A DNA stretch of 64,000 bases, from positions 5,704,001 through 5,768,000 of the forward strand of contig NW_027252668.1 of the NCBI RefSeq assembly GCF_044704955.1, given 5' to 3'. A program made the translations under genes and the position numbers. Shown in pieces: positions 39,893 to 52,587 of this stretch. Under the pieces are notes generated by a model, which saw nothing but the letters and a program-made list of their open reading frames with translations, had not been told where the DNA came from and did not search any database. Each line of letters begins with the position of its first letter. Within the stretch, counting starts at the first letter, position 1. Origin of the DNA: Pristiophorus japonicus. Its lineage: Eukaryota.

Positions 39893-40537
39893 ATGACTGA
39901 TACTGCAGCCGCCGAAACGGCTCCTCCTGCCGCCGTCGCTCAAACCAAGGCTCCCAGCAAGAAGAAGAAGGCGGCTCCCCGCTCCGGGCCAGCCGGTCCC
40001 AAGTTGGGCGACCAGATCCTCAAGGTTGTGGCTGATGGCAAGGATCGCAGGGGAACGTCCCTGGCCGCGATAAAGAAGGCTCTGGCGGCCAAAGGCGTCG
40101 ATGTGGAGAAGCGCGGTTTCCAGATCAGGTCCAGTATCAAGAAGAATGTGATGAATGGCTCCCTGAAGCAGATCAAGGGCACGGGCGCTTCGGGCTCATT
40201 CAAAATCGCTAATACAGATCCCCAGGGGAAAGTGGTAAAGGAGGTGAAGAAGCCAGCAGCCAAGAAATCTCCAGCAAAGAAAGCAACAACCAAGAAATCT
40301 CCAGTAAAGAAAGCAGCAGCCAAGAAATCTCCAGTAAAGAAAGCAGCAGCCAAGAAAACGAGCACCAAGAAGGCGCTAACGGCAAAAAAGACAGTGAAAG
40401 GGCCGGCTGGGAAGAAGGCGGCGGCGAAGAAGCCCAAGAGCCTCAAGAAAGTGAAGGCGGCCAAAAAGGTGGAGAACCCGAGGGTCAAGGCCACGCCCAA
40501 ATCAGCAAAGGCCAAGAAAGCAGCGCACAAAAAGTAA
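39893..40537 (+). CDS. H1: Histone H1 (intact, 214 aa)
   Basis: MTDTAAAETAP..., globular domain (SLAAIKKAL, KGTGASGSFK), Lys-rich tail; stem-loop at 40572-40587. Confidence 0.96.
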   Translation: MTDTAAAETAPPAAVAQTKAPSKKKKAAPRSGPAGPKLGDQILKVVADGKDRRGTSLAAIKKALAAKGVDVEKRGFQIRSSIKKNVMNGSLKQIKGTGASGSFKIANTDPQGKVVKEVKKPAAKKSPAKKATTKKSPVKKAAAKKSPVKKAAAKKTSTKKALTAKKTVKGPAGKKAAAKKPKSLKKVKAAKKVENPRVKATPKSAKAKKAAHKK

Positions 40538-40703
40538 ATAAAAAGGCAGCTTCTAAACATTTAAACCCAAAGGCTCTTTTCAGAGCCACCCACGCCTCTC
40601 AGAAAAGAGCTGATCCCGAAATCAAATAATCCCTGTCCCGGGCTCAGATTCCAGATAGAAATCATTGAAAATGACCCCGGGATCCCGAGTGACTCGTTGG
40701 CAT

Positions 40704-40783
40704 TGTCTGCACCCCACCGCGCCCCCAGTGCCTGCACCCACCCCTCCCCCAGTGTCTGCACCCACCCCTCGCCCAGTGCCTAC
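40704..40783. repeat. 24-bp minisatellite, ~3 copies
   Basis: Same motif and position as 7200-7788. Confidence 0.85.
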
Positions 40784-41406
40784 AATAAAACACAGAATGG
40801 GATGCCCGGCCCGGGCCTCACTGTAACTGGGGTTTGAGTCCGGCTCCAGTCTCAGTTCCTGGTCATTGTCATTTCACAGATTCAGGGGGAAGAGTCTCTG
40901 TGAGACGATGGGACTGGCGGCGATATCTCGCCTCACAACTCAAACCCCAAACTCCAGATTCTCCAAATCAGCTGGAATAAGGTGTTTGTAAAGTGCTGAA
41001 CCGGTCTGTGAGAGGAGATGGAATAAGGTCTGAGATTGACAGGGAACGGACTATATAGGCGGGAATATTCCTGATTGTTAATTGTACTGGGACCTTATTT
41101 AAAAGCTTCTGGTTCCTGGAAGCTTTGAATATGAATTCCGAGTCTGTAAGGGTTTGTGCGAAGCGCTGTGTATCGGTTGTATTGTGGAGAAAACAATTTG
41201 AAATTGGCGGTTGCAGAAAGCTGGAGGTGGAGCTGGAAGATCAGAGGCGGCGCTCTGCTCTGTCTCTGTTTAACTTCTCACTCTGTCTCCTCCCCTTCCC
41301 GCCTCTCTCACTCTGCGCTTTCCCAGTCAGGTCGGGGCCGGCTCTATAAAAAAGGAGCCAGGAGGATTGCTTCCTCATTCAGCGACAGTTTGAGTGAAGA
41401 ATCATC

Positions 41407-41718
<312 letters not shown>

Positions 41719-42457
41719 ACAACTCCACCCTTTCCAACCAGCACAACACAAAGGCTCTTTTAAAAGCCACCCACCTCCTCACAGAGAGAGCAGTGACCTG
41801 GGGATCGGTGTGTGGACAATTTGGGTTGGAAATTATTTTAGTTATTTATTTAATGGAAAGTAACACGCCGAGTTATGTACCGCCTTACACGGCCATCGGA
41901 CTTCTCAAAGCCAATAAAGTACTTTTGCAGTGTAGTCGCTTTCGGAATATGGGAATTATTAAATATTTGAGAACAATAGTTTAATATGAGATCAGAAACT
42001 CCGGGTGTTCCGGTCACAATCAGCGGGCGGGGATACACAGTCTCCCCTCACAGATAATCCTGTTGTGTTGTGAGCTTTGTGTGAGAATCGGTGAAACGGG
42101 ACGGCACTGGCGGGATCAATGCGGGACTTTGTGTTTACAGGATGCAGTGAGCGGGGAATTATTCCCGCCCGCTACCGACCCATCAGGGAATGGGACAGAA
42201 TTCAAACCGGAATGTTAAAGAGAATGGAATTGGTATTTTATAATGGGGCACCATCGAGGTTATAAAGAACCGGATTCTTAAATTTGGCGGGAAATTAGAG
42301 TTTCTTTAATCTCTGTTCGTTGAGACTCTGAAATTGGCGGGCTGTTTGAAATTGACGAACTTGTCAGTTTCATTTCAGTCAATCATGGCCCAGTAATCCC
42401 CGCCCTTCCCTTTCGCGCTCGGTGATTGGTTGAAACATGATTGGCGGTCGGTTATGA

Positions 42458-42961
<504 letters not shown>

Positions 42962-43731
42962 ACTCCCCCTGCCCGGGCTCCAAGCTTTAGCACCAAGTGC
43001 AACAACGGCTCTTTTCAGAGCCACCAAATCAGCAAAGGAAAGAGCTGCGACCGCCTCCAGGCAAACTGTCCCATGTACACCCCGTGCACGTCTTGTAGTG
43101 TTACTGTAACTGGGGCTTTATGTAGTGCAGGCGGTGATTATCTGACGGTGCGGTTTTGATCCAGGTATCAATGCGAGTCAGATGCCCAGTATACCGACTG
43201 CACCCGCCCAATGTGGGGCGCTAACTATAAGTGGGAGATCTGACAGTGAATTGATCCCACTGCACAGACCGGAATAGAATCCAGAGAGGGGACGAGCTGC
43301 ATGTAATCTGTATCTCACCTTTAACCCAACTCTTAATGCGGGCACAGTTCGGATACTATTTGTAATATTTTAAATTAACCATGAGCTGCAATTCCATCCT
43401 TCTGTCCGCAAATTTTTAAAAAAAGGCTAAAAGTCCGCATGGATCAATGTGTTCAAATGTATACATTTCTCCCTGTGGAATTATTAACTCTATTAAAGTC
43501 AGTGAGCCCATCAACCGCTCATTCCTTTATACTCGGCTCTTATCATCCGGTTCATATACGGCTGTCCCAACATGTTCGATGACTAGCGGTCTCACGTTCA
43601 GCTTCCGTCTGTTTTGTATTAAATTCGACCAGGGACAATTGTGTTCCACAGAACAGAAAGCAGCCCTTTCACAGATAGTGTGGGTGGCTCTGAAAAGAGC
43701 CTTTGGGTTATTAGATTAAATCCTGTCCGCT

Positions 43732-44298
<567 letters not shown>

Positions 44299-45148
44299 TT
44301 ACTGTCTCCAACAGTCAGAATAACGATTTTTAATTCAAAAACCCCAAGAAATTTTAAAATAGCGGCTTATGTGAATATAAATTCACCATTAGTCAAAGAT
44401 TTCCCAACACGTTTTCATTAATTTTGTCTTTTACTTATTCCCCTTGCAAGTTCCAGGCTGTTACAATCAGGATTAAATTCGGGTACTATTTCAAACTGTC
44501 TAATGGGCGGGAATCAATCCCCACCGATTCTGTAACGGGACACATTCCAACTCAATCTTTGTAAAAGTTGGGTTTCACAGATTATCGATCGATCCCCTGC
44601 AAAGGCGGGAGTGAGCCCAGAACTGGGAGTCCTTCTGTGAAAAGAGAAGAGGGACAGAGTATTCAAACTGCCCCGGTTCTGGTCTCTGTAAGAACTCCCA
44701 TTCTGGGTTGTTACACTGCGGGGAGTGTCGGCTGAATAAACGGACTGACCCGCAACAGGAATTGAAAAATAAACTTGAAAAGGGCTTGCGAGAGAGAACG
44801 TGTGACTGAAATCTGAGTCTCAGTCCCTAAACAAGCTCTTAATTCGGCAGGCGGTGTAAATGAACGTGTCTGAGAGCAAAGGGAAACAGCGACCAGGGAC
44901 CGTATTTGTCGTCGGAAAATTCCAGCGACGCTAAGGTGGAACCGGACAGTGAAACTGATATCGGAGAATTCAAAACTAAATCTGCAGCTGGAAGTGTAAA
45001 ACTTCTCAAATATACTTGTTCAGGAAATAATTACAGTAAACAGAGTGTAAAGGGAGATGCGTTTGTGCAGCTCTTTCAGAGAGGTTGTGGGTGGCTCTTA
45101 AAAGAGCCGTTGTGTTTGGGGTTTGATCTCTCAGGACAGCGGGCAGTC

Positions 45149-45526
45149 TCACTTGGAGCTGGTGTACTTGGTCACCGCCTTTGTCCCTTGCGACACGGCG
45201 TGCTTGGCCAGCTCCCCGGGCAGCAGCAGGCGCACGGCGGTCTGGATCTCCCGCGAACTGATGGTGCGGCGCTTGTTGTAATGGGCCAGGCGGGAAGCCT
45301 CACCCGCGATGCGCTCGAAAATATCCTTCACAAACGAGTTCATGATGCCCATGGCCTTGGAGGAGGTGCCGGTGTCGGGGTGAACCTGCTTCATCACTTT
45401 GTAGATGTAGATGGCGTAACTCTCCTTCCTCGACCTTCTGCGCCTCTTGCCGCTCTTCGCTGGAGTTTTCTTGATTACTTTCTTGGCGCCTTTCTTGGCG
45501 GGACCTGTTCTCTTTTCGTCAACCAT
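45149..45526 (-). CDS. H2B: Histone H2B, ORF intact but promoter interrupted
   Basis: 125 aa with substitutions I54T, N67K and E113Q (human numbering); stem-loop at 45093-45108; insertion at 45581-47230. Confidence 0.85.
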   Translation of the reverse strand: MVDEKRTGPAKKGAKKVIKKTPAKSGKRRRRSRKESYAIYIYKVMKQVHPDTGTSSKAMGIMNSFVKDIFERIAGEASRLAHYNKRRTISSREIQTAVRLLLPGELAKHAVSQGTKAVTKYTSSK

Positions 45527-45580
45527 CGTCTCGTTCAGTCAGGTGCAGATTTGGGGAAACTCTGCTCCGAGCCCGCATTA

Positions 45581-46185
45581 ACCCTGAGCAACTCAAGCCC
45601 AAGGAGAGCATCCTCACAGTCAGACACTGATTCTACACCCACCGACGGCACGAAAGCCAGGAAATTTCGAAATACGCCGCAGACCTCAGGAGGCTGGTGG
45701 CACCGTGTGATTTCGGCAACCACCTTAACAAAGCGCTGCGGGACATTTTTGTTATTGGAATTGGCTATGAGGACCTTCTTCATAAGCTACTGTCGGCGGA
45801 TACTACAGTCACACTGCAGAAGGCCATCTCCGTGAGCCAGGCATTCATGACCTCGATCTGTGGCTCTGGGCAGATGACTCACCTACAGGACTCAAGACCG
45901 GCAGGTACTGTGCACAGAATGCACCGTTTAGAGGCTGGACTGTAGAGTGCAAACCGTCTCGGGGAAGAGAGAACAGGTCCCGAGTCCCTTAACTCAGAGT
46001 CCGCCGAGGGGGGCTAATCGAGTAGCTCCATGCTGGCGTTGTGAAGGGAATCACAGGGCTCACCAGTTAAAGACTATGTGTGCAAAGGCTGCAGCACAAA
46101 GGGCCACCTCCAGCGAATGTGTAAGAAAAATATGACTCATTGTGTCGATGAAGAGTCTGCAGAGGGCCATGAATCCAGCGCGGAC
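45581..46185 (+). mobile_element. Degenerate Gypsy-type gag fragment (5' part of chimeric insertion)
   Basis: LKPKESIL..FYTHRR..YAADLRRLVAPCDF..LRDIFVIGI, CWRC..NH and CKGC..KGHLQRMC knuckles. Confidence 0.75.
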
Positions 46186-47230
46186 TTTTCAGAATTGCAG
46201 GCAGTGACTAGTGGGATACCGCAAGGTTCTGTGCTGAGGCCCCAGCTGTTTACACTGTACATTAATGATTTAGACGAGGGGATTAAATGTAGTATCTCCA
46301 AATTTGCAGATGACACTAAGTTGGGTGACAATGTGAGCTGCGAGGAGGATGCTATGAGGCTGCAGAGCGACTTGGATAGGTTAGGTGAGTGGGCAAATGC
46401 ATGACAGATGAAGTATAATGTGGATAAATGTGAGGTTATCCACTTTGGTGGTAAAAACAGAGAGACAGACTATTATCTGAATGGTGGCAGATTAGGAAAA
46501 GGGGAGGTGCAACGAGACCTGGGTGTCATGGTACATCAGTCATTGAAGGTTGGCATGCAGGTACAGCAGGCGGTTAAGAAAGCAAATGGCATGTTGGCCT
46601 TCATAGCGAGGGGATTTGAGTACAGGGGCAGGGAGGTGTTGCTACAGTTGTACAGGGCCTTGGTGAGGCCACACCTGGAGTATTGTGTACAGTTTTGGTC
46701 TCCTAACCTGAGGAAGGACATTCTTGCTATTGAGGGAGTGCAGCGAAGGTTCACCAGACTGATTCCCAGGATGGCGGGACTGACCTATCAAGAAAGACTG
46801 GGCTTGTATTCACTGGAGTTCAGAAGAATGAGAGGGGACCTCATAGTAACGTTTAAAATTCTGATGGGTTTAGACAGGTTAGATGCAGGAAGAAGGTTCC
46901 CAATGTTGGGGAAGTCCAGAACCAGGGGACACAGTCTAAGGATAAGGGGTAAGCCATTTAGGACCGAGATGAGGAGAAACTTCTTCACCCAGAGAGTGGT
47001 GAACCTGTGGAATTCTCTACCACAGAAAGTAGTTGAGGCCAAATCACTAAATATATTCAAAAGGGAGTTAGATGAAGTCCTTACTACTAGGGGGATCAAG
47101 GGGTATGGCGAGAAAGCAGGAATGGGGTACTGAAGTTGAATGTTCAGCCATGAACTCATTGAATGGCGGTGCAGGCTAGAAGGGCCGAATGGCCTACTCC
47201 TGCACCTATTTTCTATGTTTCTATTTTTCT
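46186..47230 (+). mobile_element. CR1 3' part (3' part of chimeric insertion)
   Basis: VTSGIPQGSVL, FADDTKL; tail TTTCTATGTTTCTA; ATTA repeat at 45577-45580 and 47231-47234. Confidence 0.92.
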
Positions 47231-47365
47231 ATTATATCGGCAGCCCCACACTCCGCCCACAGCCCTATGCTAATGAGGGATGGGCGAAGGCAATGGTTGT
47301 GATTGGCTTGTCAATAGCCATTGTTCTGTATCTCTCTGATTGGATGTTTAAAGAGACCAATCAAA
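47231..47365 (-). promoter_or_regulatory. Displaced H2B promoter
   Basis: Nearly identical to 12410-12545, now 1.65 kb from the gene. Confidence 0.8.
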
Positions 47366-47679
47366 TTTGTTGCTCGTCACAATCTCAAATTCTTGAATGA
47401 GGTCATGTGTTGCAACACCTCCTGATTTATACTCTGTTCTTTATGTGTTTTTGTTCTGCTATCAGGCAAAAATCTTACGAAGAAGGTTCATCATTTTTTC
47501 CTATAATATATATATTTTAGAATCTGAACAGCAAACTCGCTGCTCTGTTTGCCGATCTCGATTTCTACATGTTCAACAGACATTGACCGCTTTATACCCG
47601 AGATTGACTGAGGGTGACTTCTGGTCAGGAAACTCCCAGTTTATCAACTGTCGGGATTTAATATTAAGTAGAAAAATAC

Positions 47680-48100
47680 TGACTTGGATTTATATAGCGC
47701 CTTTCATGACCTGCTTCACATCCAATGAAATACTTCTTGAAGTGTCGGCACTGATGTAATGTAACGCGGCAGCCAATTTGGGAACAGCAAGCTCCCACAA
47801 ACAGCAACATGATAATGGTCAAATGATCTGTTGTGTTGTGTTGATCGAGGGATAAATATTGCCCAAGACACGCGATAACTCCCCATATTTCTATGAGATC
47901 TTTTGCGTCCAGCTGAGAGAGCAGACGGTGGCTCGGTTTAACATCTTATCCGATCGATGTCACCTCCGACAATGTAGCGCTCCCTCAACACTGCACTGGA
48001 GTTTCAGCCTAGATTTTTCTGCTCAAGACCCTGGAGTGGGACTTGAACCCACAACTTTCTGACTCAAAAGTGAGGGTGCTCCCAACTGAAGCACAGCTGA
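47680..48100 (-). mobile_element. SacSINE1-like DeuSINE (paralog of 12860-13276)
   Basis: Colinear with the unit 1 copy. Confidence 0.8.
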
Positions 48101-48139
48101 TAAGATTGTGATCAATAGATCAGTTTCTTCAGACAGTAA

Positions 48140-48277
48140 CCAGCCCTTTCACAGATAGAGTGGGTGGCTCTGAAAAGAACCAACGTGGTATTAGATTAAA
48201 TCTTGTCCACTTTACTTGTTCTTGCTGAACCCAGCCTTGGATATTTTTGTCAGAAGCACTGCCTGGATATTGGGCAG
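48140..48277 (-). pseudogene. H2A: H2A 3'-end relic
   Basis: Paralog of 13318-13453. Confidence 0.8.
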
Positions 48278-48344
48278 TTCAGCCATGATCCTATTGAATT
48301 GTGGAGCAGGCTCCAGAGTCCTTTTGGCCTTCTCCTATTTCTTA

Positions 48345-51300
48345 TAGCTGTCAGTCGCTGATATGTGAGTGTTGTTTTTTACCTCAGTTACTGGCAGGCA
48401 AATTTGGGTTTTATTATACACCTGTCAAATTCTGGTATGTGATTATCATTCTGTTTCTGTCTGTCTGTGTATTTGTGTGGGTTTATTCTGCACTTTGTCA
48501 GTTTCTGTATGGGAGTGCGTGTTTTATTCTCTACCTGGCAGCCTCTGGTATGGTAATGTGGGATTTCATCTGTACCTGTCCATCTGTGGCTGGTATCTGA
48601 GTGGGGTTTAATCTGTCATTTCTGGGATGTGAGTGTTGGGTATAATCTGTACCTGTCATTTCTGGTATGTGATTGTGGGGTTTAATCTGTACCTGTCAGT
48701 TTCTGGTGTATGAGAGGGGGGTTTAATCTGTACCTGTCAGTTTCTGATATCTGACTGTGGGGTTTAATCTGTACCTATCTGTTTCTGGTATGTGAGTTGT
48801 GTGTTTTAATCTGTACTTGTCAATTTCTGGTACGCGAGTGTTGGATTTATTTTATACGCGTCAGTCTCTAGTATGCGAGTGTGGAGTTTAATCTGCATAT
48901 GTCTGATTCTGGTATGTGAGAGTTGGGTTTCATCTGTACCTGGCAGGTTCTGATATGTAAGTGTGGGGTTTGTTCTGTACCTTTCTGCCCGAGTATGTGA
49001 GTGTAATGTCTATTCTGTATCTGTCAGTGAGTGTGGGGGATATTCGATACATCTTTGTTTCAGGTGTGTGTGTGTGTGTTAGATTTAGTCTGTACCTGGT
49101 TGTTTCTAGTATACAAATGTTGTGTTAAATCTGTACCTGTCAGTTTCCACTTTGTTAGTGTGGGGTTATTCTGTAGCTGTCTGTCTCTGGTATACGAGTG
49201 TGGGATTTAATCTGTACCTGTCATTTCTGGTATGTGAGTGTGGGGTATAATCTGTACCTGTCATTTCTGGGATGTGAGTGTGGGTTTTATTCTGTGTCTA
49301 TCATTTTCTGTTATGTGAGGGTGGGCTTTTCTCTATCTTTCTGGCCTTGGTATGGGAGGATGGAATTTCATCTGTACCTGCCAATCTGTGGCTGGTATAT
49401 GAGAGTGGGGTATAATCTGTACCTGTCACTTTCAGGGATGCGAGAGTGGGATTTAATCTGCACCTGTCGTTTCTGGTGAGTGTTGGGTAGAATCTGGTCC
49501 TGAAGGATTTTCTCGCTGTCAACTTCTTCTACTAAGTTTTTCCCCTAAATTTGTCAGTTTCTGGTACGGGAATGTACCTGTCAGCATTATATGTGTGAGT
49601 ATGAGTGTTTCCCTGTATATATCTGTCTCTGGTGTGTGAGGGTGGGATTTTCCCTGTATATATCTGTCTCTGGTATGTGAGGGTGGGATTTTCTCTGTAT
49701 ATATCTGCCGTTGGTATGTGAGGATTGGATTTTCCCATTATTTATCTGTCTCTGGTATGTGAGGGTGGGATTTTCCCTGTATATGTCAGTCTCTGCTGTG
49801 TGAGGGTGGGATATTCCCTGTATATATCTGTTTCTGGTATGTGAGAGTGGGATTTTCCCTGTGTATATCTGTCTCTGGTATGTGAGAGTGGGATTTTCCC
49901 TGTATATATCTGTCTCTGGTATGTGAGGGTGGGATTTTCCCTGTATATATGCAGTCTCCGGTATATGAGGGTGGGATTTTCCCTGAATATATCCGTCTCT
50001 GGTATGTGAGGGTGGGATATTCGATGTATATATCTGTCTCTGGTATGTGAGGGTGGGGTTTCCCTGTATATATCTGACTCTGGTATTTGAGGGTGTGGTT
50101 TTGCCTGAATCTATCTGTCTCTGCTGCGTGAGGGTGTGATTTTCCCTGTATATATCTGTCTCTGCTGTGTGAGGTTGTGATTTTCCCTGTATATATCTGA
50201 CTCTGGTATGTGAGGGTGGGATTTTCTCTGTGTGTATACAGTCTCCGGTATGTGAGGATGGGATTTTCCCTGTATATATCTGTCTCTGGTATGGGAGGGT
50301 GGGATGTTCTCTGTATGTATCTGTCTCTGGTGTGTGAAGGTGAGATTTGCTCTGTATATATCTCTCTCTGGTATGTGAGGGTGGGATTTCCTCTGTATAT
50401 ATCTCTCTCTGGTGTGTGAATAGAAACATAGAAACATAGAAAATAGGTGCAGGAGCAGGCCATTCAGCCCTTCTAGCCTGCACCGCCATACAATGAGTTC
50501 ATGGCTGAACATGAAACTTCAGTACCCCCTTCCTGCTTTCTCGCCATACCCCTTGATCCCCTGAGTAGTAAGGACTTCATCTAACTCCCTTTTGAATATA
50601 TTTAGTGATTTGGCCTCAACTACTTTCTGTGGTAGAGAATTCCACAGGTTCACCACTCTCTGGGTGAAGAAGTTTCTCCTCATCTCGGTCCTAAATGGCT
50701 TACCCCTTATCCTTAGACTGTGACCCCTGGTTCTGGACTTCCCCAACATTGGGAACATTCTTCTTGCATCTAACCTGTCTAAACCCGTCAGAATTTTAAA
50801 TGTTACTATGAGGTCCCCTCTCATTCTTCTGAACTCCAGTGAATACAAGCCCAGTTGATCCAGTCTTTCTTGAAAGGTCAGTCCCACCATCCCAGGAATC
50901 AGTCTGGTGAATCTTCGCTGCACTCCCTCAATAGCAAGAATGTCCTTCCTCAAGTTAGGAGACCAAAACTGTACACAATACTCCAGGTGTGGCCTCACCA
51001 AGGTCCTGTACAACTGTAGCAACACCTCCCTGCCCCTGTACTCAAATCCCCTCGCTATGAAGGCCAACATGCCATTTGCATTCTTAACCGCCTGCTGTAC
51101 CTGCATGCCAACCTTCAATGACTGATGTACCATGACACCCAGGTCTCGTTGCACCTTCCCTTTTCCTAATCTGTCACCATTCAGATAATAGTCTGTCTCT
51201 CTGTTTTTACCACCAAAGTGGATAACCTCACATTTATCCACATTATACTTCATCTGCCATTCATTTGCCCACTCACCTAACCTATCCAAGTCACTCTGCA

Positions 51301-52020
51301 GCCTCATAGCATCCTCCTTGCAGCTCACACTGCCACCCAACTTAGTGTCATCCGCAAATTTGGAGATACTACATTTAATCTCCTCGTCTAAATCATTAAT
51401 GTACAATATAAACAATGTGGGATTTTCCATGCTTATATCTGTCTCTGGTATGTGAGGGTGCGATTTACCCTGTATATATCTGTCTCTGGTGTGTGAGGGT
51501 GGGATTTTCTCTGTATATATCTCTCTCTGGTGCGTGAATGTGGGAATTTCCCTGTATATATCTGTCTGTGGTATGTGAGAGTGGGATTTTCCCGGTATAT
51601 ATCAGTCTCTGGTGTGTGAGGGTGGGATTTTCCCTGTATTTATACAGTCTCCGGTATGTGTGGGTGGGATTTTCCCTGTATATATCACTCTCTGGTATGT
51701 GACGGTGGAATTTTCCCTGTATTTTTCTGTCTCTGGTGTGTGAGGGTGGGATTTTCCACGCTTATATCTGTCTCTGGTATGTGAGAGTGGGATTTTCCCT
51801 GTTTATATCTGTCTCTGGTGTGTGAGGGTGGTATTTTCCCTGTATATATCAATCTCTGGTATGCGAGGGTGTAATTTTCCCTGTATTTTTCTGTCTCTGG
51901 TATGTGAGGGTGGAATTTTCCCGGTATATATCTGTCTCTGGTCTGTGAGGATGCGATTTTCTCTATTTATCTGGCAGTTTCTGAAATGTGAGTGTGGGTC
52001 TTCCTCTGTACCTGACAGTT
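48345..52020. repeat. 41-bp satellite block, unit 2 (core ~49600-51960)
   Basis: Same monomers and flanks as unit 1, much shorter. Confidence 0.93.
50420..51413 (-). mobile_element. 5'-truncated CR1 inside satellite, antisense
   Basis: ORF 50519-51430 open (FADDTKL...GIKGYGEK); (ATAGAAAC)n tail at 50420. Confidence 0.94.
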
Positions 52021-52372
52021 TCTGCTTAATTGAGAATTGATGCCGCCTATCTCATACCGTTTAATTCAACACCTTTCTTATCTGTCACTGCTGCTGTAAC
52101 TACATTCGTTGTTTTACTATTACCTTCACTTGGAGTATCCTTGGCACTGTTTGGGACCCGAACTCTGCTCTTCACCCATTTTTTGGATATTTAACGACCA
52201 TTTTTACTATAGTTTTTCACTGAGCACTCATTTATTAGTTTGAAGTCCCTTTTAGTTTCATTTTTTAAATTTTAATTTACAAATGGGATTGACAATTGCC
52301 TTGTTGTAAAATCCTGCTGCAAGATCCCATAATTCAGTTCTGACCTGTGGGGGGTATTAAAATTACCTCGGT

Positions 52373-52444
52373 TGCGATGGCCAAGAATCGAACCCGGTTC
52401 AACTGCTTGAAAGGCAGCTATGCTCAGCACTATACCACCATCGC
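52373..52444 (-). tRNA. tRNA-Gly(TCC)-derived gene with TTC anticodon
   Basis: Perfect acceptor stem GCGATGG/CCATCGC plus A73; anticodon loop CT-TTC-AA; TTTT about 11 nt downstream; D-loop GC and two G:U pairs in the T stem. Confidence 0.8.
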
Positions 52445-52587
52445 CCACACATCAGTCATTTTGTATTTGCAGACAAACTGCTTCTTACGGGTCTTCAGCG
52501 GGACAAATAAATTGCTGAGCAATCATTTTAATCAGAATGTAAGCACGGTGCTGGGACACCTTCCCTCCAATTACAACTGGTCACTGC

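Noticed and set aside
44906-45835. 309-aa plus-strand ORF and other ORFs antisense to histone or CR1 sequence
   Set aside because: Shadow frames crossing an insertion junction; not conserved between units.
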